Positions 62,301 to 64,000 of a DNA stretch of 64,000 nucleotides are shown piece by piece. The stretch is from Trichosphaerium sp. ATCC 40318 (taxonomy: Eukaryota > Protista > Tubulinea): positions 1 to 64,000 of the forward strand of contig JALMLS010000322.1 of assembly GCA_038496445.1 (NCBI GenBank). The letters are read 5' to 3'. The translations under genes were made by a program, and so were the position numbers. The notes under the pieces were generated by a model, which was not told the DNA's origin, searched no databases, and saw only the letters and a program-made list of their open reading frames with translations. Position 1 is the stretch's first letter. Each line of letters begins with the position of its first letter.

Positions 62301-62435
62301 GATGGAATAAGGGTACCGAGTTTTGATGATCAGATTGTACCTGAAAAGTATCATGACTTGATGAACTCATGTTGGTCATTTGAACCAAATGATCGCCCGT
62401 CAATGGACACTGTATGTAAACTACTTACAAACTAA
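59397..62435 (+). CDS. Single-pass receptor kinase, tyrosine-kinase-like (copy 2) with DUF11/Ig-like ectodomain segment
   Basis: Signal peptide MSRLILLYFIALFILSAFA, ectodomain unrelated to copy 1, PTxSPT stalk 60660-60786, TM at ~60845-60920, kinase exons and introns almost identical to 57250-58274. Confidence 0.9.
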
Positions 62436-62626
62436 ACAAACATTTGTGTATCAATGCATAACTTGATACCGGCTCAGCGACAACATCATGTCCTGTAATA
62501 ACTAGTTGTTGTATCAACATTTCTATGAGCCAGTAGGAGTGAAGTGATAGACGTAAAGTGAACTAGATTAAAAATGTGACTTAAACAAACAAGCTTATTT
62601 TACCGTAGTAACTATAAAACGACCAC

Positions 62627-63800
62627 ATGCCTGAACTGCTGGTAAAGCTGATCGTTTTAATGGCTCTAGCTCAATGTATAGCTTCAAGGTGTTTGTACCA
62701 CACAGACTTCCAGCCAAGGAGCTTAGGAAATGAAGAAGGTGATACAAACATTTACGTATATGATGTAACATTAACCCCGAACGTACCAACTCCTTTTCCA
62801 TCCGCTTCAAGCGGACTGATCTTAAAATTGAACGGTTTGCATGTGACAGGAAGCACAATGTACGTATTCAATAGTTTAGGCGTCGCTGTAAGGTGTCTGA
62901 TGTTCCAAAAGAGTGAAAGATAGATTCCTGTATGTGGTAACGTACAGCCAACAAATCATACGAATTGACCTCACAGACACGTCGCCAGAGCCCGTGGTGG
63001 TTGTTAATAGTATTTCAAGCTTATCATCATCCTTCGGGTACAAATCAAAAAAACCTTAATGAGCTCTTACCTCGCTCCTACTCTGGATACTTTGGAATCT
63101 TCTAATTAATTTGTTGAAATTTTCAACAAAAAAAATCAAAACGAAACGTTTTTTGCACCTTGCACGTGTTCAATGCCTAAAAAGGCTAGGAACTGAAGAA
63201 CTTTTTTTTTTTTTTGATAACATTAATTAATTCTTCAAAGGTGTATGGGGCGGTACACGTCACCAGCAGGACTTGGTGCTGACAAGAGCGGTGATTTTTT
63301 GTACACGTGTTGTGACTTTACAGGTGAAATGACTGGAGAAGGGCTAGTAAAAATAGATATTAGGAATAACATACTTGAGGTACAGTCGTAGTTTATTTAT
63401 TACAAACCCTTACTAACATGGTTTTTTTTATAAAAGGGCACTGGTGTACCTCTTGATATTAGTAGAGACTTTTTATTTTGTGATTCTATTAAAGAAGTTG
63501 ATGATGGCAACGCTTTCACAGTAATGAGCTTTGATGCCTTAATAGTACGACACACTTACAAAACAACCTGTTGCTGTTTCCCATACTCATCCGATTATAG
63601 AAGTATTTTCCTGCAAATAACTCTCATGAATTATTCATCGGAGATAGCTTTAGACCACTTGTTGGTGGTTCTCAACACAGCGACAGTACGTTTGTGTGTA
63701 ATTATAAAAACTTCAAAATTCCAAACCAAAAGTATACCTTTCACACAAGTTTTAACGTTGACCAAGATAAATTTGTGACTGGAAATAAAAGAAATGGCTA
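62627..63800 (+). pseudogene. Putative secreted-protein gene, probably degraded
   Basis: Signal-like MPELLVKLIVLMALAQCIAS followed by exon-like pieces that do not join cleanly. Confidence 0.3.
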
Positions 63801-64000
63801 TGGCATGTTCTTAAATTACAAGGTAATTTATCAAAAAATTCAGACAATGAGAGATTTGACCTGAGATAACGCTATTTTGAGTTAGCGCTAAGCCTGATTT
63901 TTCGGGATGGTTTGTGAACATTAGGTAGACCTCGTGCAACTCTGCAAGCTATCTATTAGTGTGCCCGTATGGAGTAATTTATGTGATCATAAGATCAGAA

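Larger units (their letters stand above)
57245..62555 (+). repeat. Recent segmental duplication of kinase module (57245-58395 versus 61430-62555)
   Basis: Near-identical exons, introns and ~120 nt of 3' flank, ending at ccagtaggagtga.atgatagacgtaa. Confidence 0.92.

Noticed and set aside
5373-62435. Alternative genetic code or stop-codon reassignment to explain fragmented ORFs
   Set aside because: Conserved genes reconstruct fully with GT-AG introns and the standard code, ending in TAA, TAG or TGA.

Overview
AT-rich, gene-dense eukaryotic genomic DNA with many short (about 45-70 nt) GT-AG introns. Gene content and style suggest a free-living amoebozoan-type protist (inference). The window has three zones. 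(1) 1-5010 holds degraded or uncharacterised genes, including a frameshifted intronless MORN-variant repeat gene. (2) About 5050-11800 is a compositionally distinct island. It contains a 23-bp minisatellite and an intact 11-exon minus-strand gene (about 757 aa by manual splicing, not visible as one ORF) with a ParB/Sulfiredoxin-like motif. Its enlarged introns repeatedly carry the perfect palindrome GACCGCGAGCTCGCGGTC inside a ~100-bp module. The island also has a ~140-bp tandem array built from the same module, a perfect 21-bp inverted repeat, sharply alternating CpG-free and CpG-dense blocks, and a 1.5-kb non-coding segment bracketed by telomere-like CCCTAA...TTAGGG repeats. (3) 11961-64000 holds ordinary housekeeping genes (MYST acetyltransferase, O-fucosyltransferase-like, Rab7-like, dynein LC8, VMP1, RRP1/Nop52, SCYL2-like, Cdc25, STK19, JmjC, THOC5) mixed with F-box genes, pseudogenes and two recently duplicated receptor tyrosine-kinase-like genes with different ectodomains. 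The best candidate for a novel system is the ParB-like gene with its embedded parS-like palindrome array. All family calls come from motif recognition by eye; no searches were run.
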